Shown here in pieces: positions 42,765-51,563 of a stretch of 64,000 nt of DNA (position 1 is the stretch's first letter; the number at the start of each line of letters is the position of its first letter). The notes below the pieces were generated by a model. It made no database searches. It was not told the origin of the DNA and was given only the letters and a program-made list of their open reading frames with translations. This stretch comes from a bacterium (GTDB lineage: Bacteria; UBA10199; 2-02-FULL-44-16; JAAZCA01). The stretch spans positions 50,262 through 114,261 of the forward strand of contig JBAZOP010000002.1 in the NCBI GenBank assembly GCA_041648665.1. The letters run 5' to 3'. The translations under genes and the position numbers were made by a program.

Positions 42765-43957
42765 TCCTGGCCCAGCGCATCCGGCTCGCCCCCAACAACG
42801 TCCAGGCGAGCTTCCTGGAGCGCTGCGCCGGTGCGGCCCGCTTCACCTACAACTGGGGCCTGGCCCGCTGGCAGGAAATCCACGCCGTCGGCGGCACGCC
42901 CTCCTGGCGCACCCTCAACGCCGAGATCAACGCCCGGAAGGACCGCGACCTGGGGTGGCTCCGCGATCTTCCATGGGCCGTCCCCAACACCGCCCTCGCC
43001 GACCTCGGGCGCGCCTTCGGCCACTTCTTCCGGCGGGTGAAGGCCGGCCAGCGCCCCGGCTACCCGCGCTTCAAGGCCAAGAAACGCTGCACCCCCGCCT
43101 TCGCCATCGAGGGCCGCGCGATCCACTTCGACGGCCGCCGCGTGCACCTCCCCAAGCTCGGCTGGGTGCGTACCCGCCAGCCCCCCCGCTTCCCCGGCCG
43201 CGTGCTGAGCGCACGCTTCTCGAAACACGCCGGCCACTGGGACCTCGCTATCCAAGTCGAGATCGACGAAACCCGCTGGACCTACCCCCACCGCTGCGAA
43301 ACCCAAGCAGCGGTCGGCGTGGACCTCGGCGTGGTCGACCTCGCCGTGCTCTCCACCGGCGAACACGTCCCGGCCCCCCGCAGCCTGCGGCACCACGCCG
43401 CCCAACTCCGGAGGTTGAACAAGGAACTGTCCCGCCGCACCCGCGGCGGCCAGAACTGGCAGAAAACGAAGGCGAAGCTCGGGCTCCTGCACGAGCACAT
43501 TGCCCACGTGCGGCACGCCGCCACCCACGCGCTGACCGCCTCCCTCGTCCACCACTTCCGCTGGATCGGCATCGAGGACCTGCACGTCGCCGCGATGATG
43601 CGAGGAAGGCTCGCCACCTCCCTCCAGGATGCCGCGATGGCCGAGGTTCGCCGTCAACTCGCTTACAAGGCGCCCCTCGCCGGGAGCACCGTGGTCGTCG
43701 CCGACCGCTTCTACCCGAGCAGCAAGACGTGCGCCACCTGCGGCGTCATCTACGCCGACCTCGCCCTGAACGAGCGCCGGTGGACCTGCGAAAGCTGCGG
43801 GGCCGAGCACGACCGCGACGAGAACGCCGCCGAGAACCTGTACCAATTGGCCGCCGCCCAGGCGGTGACAGCCTGCCGCCACGAGAGCGCTGGCGCCCTT
43901 CGGGACGCGCAACTCTCGCTTGGGCAGGAATCGGGCCACGCTGTTAGCTTCGGTTAG
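42761..43957 (+). CDS. tnpB: TnpB (OrfB) RuvC-like endonuclease, IS200/IS605 family
   Basis: AVGVDLGVVD, IGIEDLHV, CATCG...CESCG, HDRDENAAENL. The catalytic triad is intact. Start at MILAQRIRL; the track extension is upstream junk. Confidence 0.8.
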   Translation: MILAQRIRLAPNNVQASFLERCAGAARFTYNWGLARWQEIHAVGGTPSWRTLNAEINARKDRDLGWLRDLPWAVPNTALADLGRAFGHFFRRVKAGQRPGYPRFKAKKRCTPAFAIEGRAIHFDGRRVHLPKLGWVRTRQPPRFPGRVLSARFSKHAGHWDLAIQVEIDETRWTYPHRCETQAAVGVDLGVVDLAVLSTGEHVPAPRSLRHHAAQLRRLNKELSRRTRGGQNWQKTKAKLGLLHEHIAHVRHAATHALTASLVHHFRWIGIEDLHVAAMMRGRLATSLQDAAMAEVRRQLAYKAPLAGSTVVVADRFYPSSKTCATCGVIYADLALNERRWTCESCGAEHDRDENAAENLYQLAAAQAVTACRHESAGALRDAQLSLGQESGHAVSFG

Positions 43958-43982
43958 CATCGTTTTAGTCCCGAATGGGATG

Positions 43983-44411
43983 TCATCCACCTGCCAGCGG
44001 CAGCGTCACCTGCGTCTGCTGGGTCTGCGGCTGTCCCACCCTGCGGTACAGCACGTCCACGATGATCGCTGTCTCTACCCCGTCCGCCTTCTCGCTCAGG
44101 CGCGAGTCCACGGCCAGCACCTCCGCCTGCGGCACGAAGGTCTCGATCGCCTGCGTCACCTCGCTGGCGACGCGCGCTTGCAACAGCGGAGTCATGTTGT
44201 TGAAGATCAGCCGGTGGATGTTCACCCCCATGTCCGCATGCATCAGCCGCTCGTTCGTCCCCGTCAGCATCAGCGCCACGATCGAGCAGAACAGCGCCGC
44301 ATCCGGGTCCGCCAGCGCCGGGAACCCCTCCTTCCCCAACTGGAAGGGGAACGCGAAGGTCTTGACGACCTGCGCATCGGAGACGGGCGGTGGCGCGTTG
44401 ACCGTCGGCAT
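43983..44411 (-). CDS. baseplate assembly protein W (gp25-like, GPW_gp25)
   Basis: FPFQLGKEGFPA...NIHRLIFNNMTPLLQARVAS. Confidence 0.65.
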   Translation of the reverse strand: MPTVNAPPPVSDAQVVKTFAFPFQLGKEGFPALADPDAALFCSIVALMLTGTNERLMHADMGVNIHRLIFNNMTPLLQARVASEVTQAIETFVPQAEVLAVDSRLSEKADGVETAIIVDVLYRRVGQPQTQQTQVTLPLAGG

Positions 44412-44477
44412 CTTCCTACCCTATCACGCCAGCGCGCGAAAGGCACGCTGCTGGACCAGCGAACACGTGTGCGCCGA

Positions 44478-44819
44478 TCAGTCGAGGGGGCATCCTGGCA
44501 TCTCCGGTAGGCCCGGCAGCCCCGGGATCGCCGGGATCGGCAACCCGGGGATGGGAATCGCCAGCTTCAGCGTCGGCAACCCCAGCGACAGCCCCACACT
44601 TGGGAGCCCTGGCAGCCCTGGCAGCCCCGGGGGGGACGGGAGCGCGAACGGCAGCCCCGGCACCGGGATCGCCAGCGTCAGGGAGGGCAGCCCCAGCGAC
44701 ACGCCAAAGGACGGGAGGCTGGGCAGCCCTGGCAGCCCCGGGATCGCCGGGATCGGTAGCCCGGGCACGGGGATCGCCAGCGCCAGCGTGGGCGGCGTCG
44801 GGATCCGGCAGTTCGACAT
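44478..44819 (-). CDS. Pro/Leu/Gly-rich (GLP)n repeat protein
   Basis: Strong SD GAAGGAG 8 nt upstream of ATG. About 35-aa units (LAIPVPGLPIPAIPGLPGLPSLPSFGVSLGLPSLT) repeated roughly 2.5 times. Confidence 0.45.
   Translation of the reverse strand: MSNCRIPTPPTLALAIPVPGLPIPAIPGLPGLPSLPSFGVSLGLPSLTLAIPVPGLPFALPSPPGLPGLPGLPSVGLSLGLPTLKLAIPIPGLPIPAIPGLPGLPEMPGCPLD
44490..44800. repeat. about 105-nt tandem repeat, roughly 2.5 copies, underlying the GLP-repeat protein
   Basis: Repeated PGLPGLP / LAIP(V/I)PGLP blocks visible in the translation and in the DNA. Confidence 0.5.
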
Positions 44820-44834
44820 GGATGCGCTCCTTCG

Positions 44835-45815
44835 TCATGCGACGTACACCTTGGTCGACAGCTCCTTGCCCATCGTAGGCGGTGGCTGCGCCCCGGGGGC
44901 CACCGGGCTCCCCGGCGTTGGCGTCCCGATGAGGTGGCCCGCTGCGCCATGGGTGATGGCCCAGATCATGAGCTTAGTCCCCAGCACAGCGGGCTCGCTC
45001 GCCCCCTTGCCCAACATGACCGTGCCCGCGTTAGCCGCGAACTGCTGCGAGCAGTCGGCGACCACGTTGTCCCCCGTGATCGTGATGTTCTTGCCGTCGA
45101 TGCCGATGGCCCCGCCGCTCTTCGTGGCCAGCGTGATCTTGTCGTCGCCCAGCATCAGCAGCGACGTGACCTCCTGCTGGTCGTTGGCGGTCATGATGCT
45201 GGTCTCCGCCTTCGTAGCGCTCATGAAGATCGTGCTACCGTTCTGGTTTTCGATCTGCACCGCGCCGTCCTTGTCCATCGCCAGGAAGACCGGGCTGGGC
45301 GCCCCCGCCCCGTCGCCCTTGCACAGCATGATGTGGAGATCCTCGGGGTCGTCCGACATGCGCAGGAAGTGACCCGCGCGCGTGCGGATGCCCTTCCGCA
45401 ACGCACCCTCCGCATCAAAGGTGTCGCTGGCTTTCTCCGCGATGAGGTAGCCCCCCATGTAGACGGGAAATTCCGGGTCGCCGTGCTGGAACTGCATCCA
45501 TACCGCCGCGCCGACATCCGGCGGGTGGAACAGTCCGCTCACCTGCTTGGTTTCCGGGTCCACCGCCAGCCCCGGCATGCATGGCCAGGCCCACCACCCC
45601 TTCCCCACCTGATCGGGGCGCCGCACGCCAACGGCGGGGCACAGCGCTTGAATGCGGCCCCGGTTGTCCGGGTCGGCGTTGTTCACCACCGTGCCGGGGT
45701 AGATGCCGTAGTAGCGCTTGGCGAACCCCTCGATTCCAATGCGCGCCAGCGTATCACACAGCCACCCGATCGGGTCCAACCGGCGCCTGTTCGCATCTGG
45801 GCGGTTCCCTAACAT
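44835..45815 (-). CDS. baseplate hub/spike protein (gpV / Mu gp45-like, Phage_base_V OB-fold)
   Basis: GTVVNNADPDNRGRIQALCPAVG is the typical gpV/VgrG N-terminal motif. Confidence 0.6.
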   Translation of the reverse strand: MLGNRPDANRRRLDPIGWLCDTLARIGIEGFAKRYYGIYPGTVVNNADPDNRGRIQALCPAVGVRRPDQVGKGWWAWPCMPGLAVDPETKQVSGLFHPPDVGAAVWMQFQHGDPEFPVYMGGYLIAEKASDTFDAEGALRKGIRTRAGHFLRMSDDPEDLHIMLCKGDGAGAPSPVFLAMDKDGAVQIENQNGSTIFMSATKAETSIMTANDQQEVTSLLMLGDDKITLATKSGGAIGIDGKNITITGDNVVADCSQQFAANAGTVMLGKGASEPAVLGTKLMIWAITHGAAGHLIGTPTPGSPVAPGAQPPPTMGKELSTKVYVA

Positions 45816-45818
45816 GAT

Positions 45819-47195
45819 CTACTCCGGCACCTGTCCCGCGGGCGTCGTCTTCTTTTCGCCCTCTGGATCTACGCCGCCAGCCCCCTGGCGCATGACGGTC
45901 AGGCTCATCTCGTAGCTGCCCGGCCCCCACGTGTGGGTCGCCTTCTGCACAAGGTAGGGGCCGTTGTAGATCTCGCCGGCCCCCGCGAGGTTGACGTACA
46001 TGCCCGGGATCACCCAGGGCAAGCCCAGCGACGTGATGACGCCCTGCTGCGCTGGGTTCCCAGCCGTTTGCCGCCAATCCGCAACGTTCTGAGCGCGGCT
46101 CGCTCCTGCTGCTCCAGGAGGCATGGGCTCACTCGCGTAAACAGCTGGCGTGCCATCCTGCTTGACGCCGTCTCCGATCAGTTCTCCACCTCCCTCATCT
46201 GCGAGGGACAAATCCTGCTGGATCGCCGGCAACGACCCAGCCGTCGCCACCTGCTGCTCCTCTGGCAGCGCAACCTTCTCCACAACCTTTCCCGTGTCCT
46301 GATCGATGTAGGCGATCAGCACACCCTTGCCTGCTTGATCATCCCCACCAACCAGCCACGTCGCGCTCGCCCCTCCCCCTTCCGGGGCCCAACTCAGGCA
46401 CGGGAAGGTGGACGTAGACAAGTCCACGACCCCGCGCAAGCGAAATGTCGGCCGCGGCAACGTAGACGGATCCGCCTTAGATCCGGTCGCAGCCTGCTTG
46501 ATGAACCCGAGCGACACCTCCAGCTCAGTAGCAACGTAGACCGTGTTGATCCGCGAGCTAGGATCTGTTACGTCCGGCCCGATCCAGTAGGTCAGGTTCA
46601 TGAGAGCGCAGATCCGCTTGATCGCTTCCCAAGCCGTCAGCCTCGCATACGCCAGCGGGTGCCACATCGTTTTGAACGATGCGAAGGAGTCCGGGTCATA
46701 TGACGCAGCAATCTGACACGCATCCAGCGCCCCAGGAGAAAGCGCGGGCAGCAGACCCATCGCCGCGATGCACTTCTCCAGCATGCTCTTCGGCGACTGG
46801 TCCAGCACGACCAGCTCCTTCGAGATTGTGTAGTGCGCCCCCTCCGCTGTCACCTGCACGGTGATCTGGCCCGACAGGCCGTTCGCGTCCAACGTGAGGC
46901 CATCGCCCCCAGCCTTCAGGAATCCCCCGAACCACGGCGTCCACCAGTCGGGCCGCGATGCGTACCCGATGCGCGCCTGCGCGTGCATGCCAATGGCAAA
47001 CGGCGTGTCGCTCCCCAGCATCGCGATCGCCTCGTCGTACGGCGCATCGAACGTGAGCTGCAAGGTGGCCGTCCGGCCAAACTCGTACAGCATCGCGACG
47101 CCCGTCAGGAACGGCGCGCTCGGGGGCGCAAAGATCCACTCCCTGCCCGATTTTGGGCTCTTGAACCGAACCTGCGCCACGGGATCGGTGAACAT
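45819..47195 (-). CDS. tail protein D-like (late control D / baseplate hub)
   Basis: Right position (after TMP and X) and size. Weak motif similarity only. Confidence 0.45.
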   Translation of the reverse strand: MFTDPVAQVRFKSPKSGREWIFAPPSAPFLTGVAMLYEFGRTATLQLTFDAPYDEAIAMLGSDTPFAIGMHAQARIGYASRPDWWTPWFGGFLKAGGDGLTLDANGLSGQITVQVTAEGAHYTISKELVVLDQSPKSMLEKCIAAMGLLPALSPGALDACQIAASYDPDSFASFKTMWHPLAYARLTAWEAIKRICALMNLTYWIGPDVTDPSSRINTVYVATELEVSLGFIKQAATGSKADPSTLPRPTFRLRGVVDLSTSTFPCLSWAPEGGGASATWLVGGDDQAGKGVLIAYIDQDTGKVVEKVALPEEQQVATAGSLPAIQQDLSLADEGGGELIGDGVKQDGTPAVYASEPMPPGAAGASRAQNVADWRQTAGNPAQQGVITSLGLPWVIPGMYVNLAGAGEIYNGPYLVQKATHTWGPGSYEMSLTVMRQGAGGVDPEGEKKTTPAGQVPE

Positions 47196-47198
47196 GCG

Positions 47199-47564
47199 TC
47201 AGCTTCCCTGCGGGAGGAGCTTGCGCTCCACCCACTCCCGCCGAGGGATCTTCAGGAGGCGCCCCACGTACAACTGCACGTCCGGCAGGTCCATGCCGTT
47301 GCGTGCCGCGATGACCCACCCGCGATCGCTGCGGCTGTAGTAGCGCAGCGACAGGATGTCCAGCCGCATGCTGGGGCTGTCCACGACGTAGTCGTCCTCG
47401 TTCTCGGTCACCCCCTCCCAGGAAGGCATGACGAACGGCTCGCGGAACCGCACGGGGGATCCCACCTCCAGGTCCCACACCACCGCCTCCGCCATGAAGC
47501 GCATCGGCGATCCAGCGTCCGCCGTGAGCACGCGCGCGGGGATGGTCGGGGTCGGCGCAGGCAT
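47199..47564 (-). CDS. tail protein X-like with LysM-like domain
   Basis: MRLDILSLRYYSRSDRGWVIAARNGMDLPDVQLYVGRLLKIP fits the LysM pattern. Confidence 0.45.
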   Translation of the reverse strand: MPAPTPTIPARVLTADAGSPMRFMAEAVVWDLEVGSPVRFREPFVMPSWEGVTENEDDYVVDSPSMRLDILSLRYYSRSDRGWVIAARNGMDLPDVQLYVGRLLKIPRREWVERKLLPQGS

Positions 47565-47567
47565 TGA

Positions 47568-50500
47568 TCAGCCTCCCAGTACAACCTCTCCACCCGACCC
47601 AACCTTGCCGCGGGTGATGAGGTCGCTCTTCGCGATGGTTTCCGTGTTCGCGCGGATCTTGTCCAGGATCGCGCGCTGCTTCGCGCTCTCGTTGATGATG
47701 GCCATGGTCACCCCGGCCATCCCGGGGATGTTCAGCATGGCGCGCATCTGGGCCTTCACGTCCTCGGTTTTTCCCTCCACCGTCACCGTGCTCTGGAGCG
47801 ACCCGCCGAAGTCGCGCATCATCATGTTCGCCACGTCTGCCAGCAAGCTCTTCTTCCGCGCCAACTCCTCCATCTTGGCCTTGTAGGCGTCGAACGTCGC
47901 GTACACCGAGGCGTCCAGGGTGTCGTTCACCGCCTGGGTCACCAGATCCACGCTCGTCGTGATCCCGCTAGCGAAAGACTCCATCAGCGCCATGCCAGCG
48001 TTGAACGCCGGATCAGCCGGTCCTCCAGCTCCAACGTTTGCCAATGGTCCGTCCAGAATCGGAGAATGTGACGTCAGGCGATCCGCCACCGTCTGCGCAG
48101 CGATATCCGCTCCCTTTACCATCGCATCAATGCTCGGCTGTTCAGTCATGCCACCGGCGAACCCCAGGCTGACTTCTGCACCGGCATTCATCGCGCCCAC
48201 CGCTGCCTGCCCGAACGCCTCGCTCACCTTCTGCGCGGCAGCCTGCGCTGCAAGCTGCGCCTGCGATTCCACGTTGGTCAACCGCTGCTGGGCCTCCTCC
48301 ATCTGGATCTTCGCCTCGGCCCGGACCTCTTCCTGGCGGATGATCAAGTCCATGGCCTTCTTCACACCGACCGTCAGCGCATCGTCCTTGATGCCAGCAG
48401 CACCGGCTGACTTCGTGATCTGCGCCTGTACCCCCTTCAAGACGGCAGACGCCTTCGCTGCCTCCGTCTCGGCTTGCGTCAGCGCCGATAGCCCTTCTGG
48501 TGTAGTAATGTCCTTCCCCTGCAACCCCGACAGGGCCTTCTTGGCTTCCGCTTCCTGGTGAGCAGCCACTGACAACTTGTCCGCCTGCGCCTGCCACCCA
48601 GCCATCCACTTCTGTTCACGCTCGACCTGTTTCTTACCCTTCTTCTCGCCCGCGATGTCCGCGCCAGTGCCGATGCCAAACGCCTCCAGCGCGCCCGTTG
48701 CAGCCACCCCCTGCCCTTCCACCATCGCTGTCCAATTCTTCTTGTGCTTTTCAAACCCTTCCTTCACCTGCGCAAGACGGTCTTGCATATCCTTGGCCCG
48801 CTCTGATGCAAGTTTCGCTTCTAATTCTTTTCCCTTCTTCTCTGCGTACTCTGGATATGCCAACTGCAATACAATATCCTGCAACCCAACAGACACTTCC
48901 TGGATGAACTTCTGCACCTTCAGCGCGAACCCGTGGATGTAGTTGCGCATCGACTCCAGCATGTTGGAGAAGTACCGCGAGATCGAGACATCGCCTTCCT
49001 GGGATGCCTGATCCATTCCGCTTCCAAACATACCAGCAATGGTCTGTGTCAACCCTACTGTGCTCACTCCGGCGATCCGGATTGCTCCCTCTCCAGCGGT
49101 CATGATGCTATCACGAGCACGTCCAATCCATTTGGCCGTGGTCGTTGCCCACGATGTATCCAATTCAGCCGAATCGAACGTCGCCAGTTCATTCAAAGCC
49201 GCTTTGCGGTACTCTACGCTCTGAAGCGCGATCTGCTGCGACACCGCCGTAGACGCGCGGATACCGTTGGCGATGCCACTCACCAGCGATGATCCAGCGT
49301 CCTCCCCGGCACCCTCCAGGTTTATGTCTTTTACCAAAGACTTCGACTTTTTTACCGCATGCTCCATCCCATCATCGAAGTTATTCTTGAAGTTGTACCA
49401 CCAGTCTTCGATGGCCCATCCTGCGTCCTGCAACCCCTCCTTCACGTTGAGTTTGAACTCGCTGAACTCGGGGTCCTTCTGCAACCCATCCCACCACCCC
49501 TTGATGCTGTCGCCCATCCCGGAGAAGCTGTCCTTCACGTCCTCCCACGTCCATGAGTCCCACCACTCCGAAACGCTGTCCACGACCTCCTTGCCCAGCC
49601 CCCACAGCATCTTGCCCAGGCCCTTGGCCGCCTCCCAGATGGCGCCCCCCAGGTTCTCGATGAACTTGGTCCCAGCCTTCCCAAGCTCCCCTTCTGCTTC
49701 CTTGCCAGTGATCCACCCCCAGATGGCCTTGGGGATGAACGTGAGTGCATTCCACACGAAGCTACCGATGCTCTTTCCCACCTGCGCCCAATCGATCTTG
49801 GCCAGAAAATCGCGGATCTTTCCCGCAAGTCCTCCCACCCAATCGAGTGCTTTGGAAAAGACCTTACCCAGGTCCATCCCCCTCTTGGAAAGCATCTTTA
49901 TGCCGACCACGACGCCGCCAATCACTAACCCGATGAGTCCTAGCTTTCCAATGAATCCACCCAGTCCCCGTGTGAGCAATCCACCCGGCCCAGTCAGGAT
50001 GGACAACTGGCCGAACAACGACATGACTGGCCCCGCCGACGTTGCCACCGACCCCAACGCCGATCCTGCCAGCTCAACGATGGCCGAGAACTTGGCCATC
50101 TCCTTGTTGGACCCCTCCAAGTCCATGATCAACCCTCTGAACCCCAGCTGGTTCGCCGCCGACAGCCGCTTGATCAGCGGCCCCCATGTCTCGTCCGACG
50201 CCAGCTGCTTGGTCTGCGCTGCCACCTCGTTGTAGGCCCGCCCCATGTCTCCCACGAACCGCACCACGTCCTTGCGGGCGATAGCCCGGAACTTGGTCTC
50301 GAAGCTGGACTTCATGAGGTCCATCGACTCCTGGAGCGTGCGGCCCGTGCTGAACGCCTGGTTGGCGTAGTCCTTCAGCGAGAACTTGCCATCCGACGTG
50401 ATCTTGCTGACCCGCTCCAGCGCCTTGGCGCCAGAATCCCCGCGCTGCGCGAGGTACCCCAGCCCGTTCGCCGCCTCGCCCAGCGCCCCGCTGAGTTCAG

Positions 50501-51530
50501 ACAGCATGGCCTGCTGCTGCGCACCACCCGTGCCGAAGCGATCGAACACCCCCTGGAGCAACTGCGTGCCCTTCACCGCGTCGCGCGACCCCACCTCGAT
50601 GATGTTCACCGCCTCGTCCATCCCCACGCCCAGCTTGGTCATCCATTGGAACAGCGGAGAGTCATCAAGGGACCCGATGCCGTACTTCATCGCCCGCTCA
50701 ATCGCAACCGCCTGATCCGCGAACATCTGGGCCGTCTGCTGGCCCAACTGGACCGCCTCCTCCTCGCTGCTGCCCATGGACCGGAACGCGCCCGAGAGGC
50801 GCACGGTGGACTCGGTGAGCGCCATCATCTCGTCGCCGCTACGCCGCATCTCCGGGGGCACCTTCTCGAACGTCTTGGCCAGGCCCTCCAGGTTGCCCTT
50901 GAGCTTCTTGAGCGGTTCCACGCCCACGCCCGCCTTGCGTCCCAAGTCGGTCAAGCGATTGATGTACTTGACCTCGTCCGCCGCGCTGGCCTGCCACCAC
51001 GCCCCCAGGCCGCCCATGGCGTCGGTCAGCTGGTCCATCTCGATCCCGGTCGTCTCCGTGATCTTCACCCAGTCCTTGGCCGAGTACCCCAGCGCGTCCA
51101 GCGCCTCCTTGGCAGGCCCCGTCGCCTGGTTCATCCCCTTGAACACCTTCGCCACCGTCTCCGCGCCGACGTTCAGCGAGATCGCCATCGACGAGATCTG
51201 GCCCGTCATCCGCCGGGCTTCCTTGCCCGTCAGGTTCAGGGATGCCACAAACGGCTTGGCCGCCTTGGCGTTGGCCACGGCCATCGCCTCCAGGCTGTTG
51301 GTCAGGTTGCCCGTGTCGCCCGTCAGGGAGCGCACATCCGACGCGATGGAGGCGATGTTGAACTGCTTGATGCTCTCGAAGAACCCCGGGACGTCCGACT
51401 TCTTGGCGATCTTGGACTGGGTCTCCATCGTGTCGTTGAGCTTGTCCATGCTGGACTGCGCCGACGACATGGCGGCCTTCATCCCCACGTCCCGCGCCCC
51501 CATGCCCCATGAGATGCCCAGCAGGTTCAC
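47568..51530 (-). CDS. tail tape-measure protein (1320 aa)
   Basis: Very long helical, Ala/Gly/Lys-rich ORF directly downstream of the chaperone frameshift pair. GTG start with SD GGTAGGAGG. Confidence 0.8.
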   Translation of the reverse strand: MNLLGISWGMGARDVGMKAAMSSAQSSMDKLNDTMETQSKIAKKSDVPGFFESIKQFNIASIASDVRSLTGDTGNLTNSLEAMAVANAKAAKPFVASLNLTGKEARRMTGQISSMAISLNVGAETVAKVFKGMNQATGPAKEALDALGYSAKDWVKITETTGIEMDQLTDAMGGLGAWWQASAADEVKYINRLTDLGRKAGVGVEPLKKLKGNLEGLAKTFEKVPPEMRRSGDEMMALTESTVRLSGAFRSMGSSEEEAVQLGQQTAQMFADQAVAIERAMKYGIGSLDDSPLFQWMTKLGVGMDEAVNIIEVGSRDAVKGTQLLQGVFDRFGTGGAQQQAMLSELSGALGEAANGLGYLAQRGDSGAKALERVSKITSDGKFSLKDYANQAFSTGRTLQESMDLMKSSFETKFRAIARKDVVRFVGDMGRAYNEVAAQTKQLASDETWGPLIKRLSAANQLGFRGLIMDLEGSNKEMAKFSAIVELAGSALGSVATSAGPVMSLFGQLSILTGPGGLLTRGLGGFIGKLGLIGLVIGGVVVGIKMLSKRGMDLGKVFSKALDWVGGLAGKIRDFLAKIDWAQVGKSIGSFVWNALTFIPKAIWGWITGKEAEGELGKAGTKFIENLGGAIWEAAKGLGKMLWGLGKEVVDSVSEWWDSWTWEDVKDSFSGMGDSIKGWWDGLQKDPEFSEFKLNVKEGLQDAGWAIEDWWYNFKNNFDDGMEHAVKKSKSLVKDINLEGAGEDAGSSLVSGIANGIRASTAVSQQIALQSVEYRKAALNELATFDSAELDTSWATTTAKWIGRARDSIMTAGEGAIRIAGVSTVGLTQTIAGMFGSGMDQASQEGDVSISRYFSNMLESMRNYIHGFALKVQKFIQEVSVGLQDIVLQLAYPEYAEKKGKELEAKLASERAKDMQDRLAQVKEGFEKHKKNWTAMVEGQGVAATGALEAFGIGTGADIAGEKKGKKQVEREQKWMAGWQAQADKLSVAAHQEAEAKKALSGLQGKDITTPEGLSALTQAETEAAKASAVLKGVQAQITKSAGAAGIKDDALTVGVKKAMDLIIRQEEVRAEAKIQMEEAQQRLTNVESQAQLAAQAAAQKVSEAFGQAAVGAMNAGAEVSLGFAGGMTEQPSIDAMVKGADIAAQTVADRLTSHSPILDGPLANVGAGGPADPAFNAGMALMESFASGITTSVDLVTQAVNDTLDASVYATFDAYKAKMEELARKKSLLADVANMMMRDFGGSLQSTVTVEGKTEDVKAQMRAMLNIPGMAGVTMAIINESAKQRAILDKIRANTETIAKSDLITRGKVGSGGEVVLGG

Positions 51531-51563
51531 CGATGCCTCCTACCAGCGAACACGTGTGCGCTC

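Larger units (their letters stand above)
42600..43990 (+). mobile_element. IS200/IS605-family TnpB element with upstream RHH gene, inserted between the baseplate W and J genes; ends not defined
   Basis: Opposite orientation to the flanking tail operon. Possible own promoter TTGACA-17-CATATT at about 42570-42610. Confidence 0.5.

Noticed and set aside
43975-45372. 465-aa plus-strand ORF with Gly/Ser/Pro collagen-like repeats
   Set aside because: Considered as an alternative coding frame for the repeat region. The minus-strand GLP-repeat ORF has a strong SD and fits the operon polarity, and the gpV spike (clear motif) is encoded on the minus strand across the same DNA.
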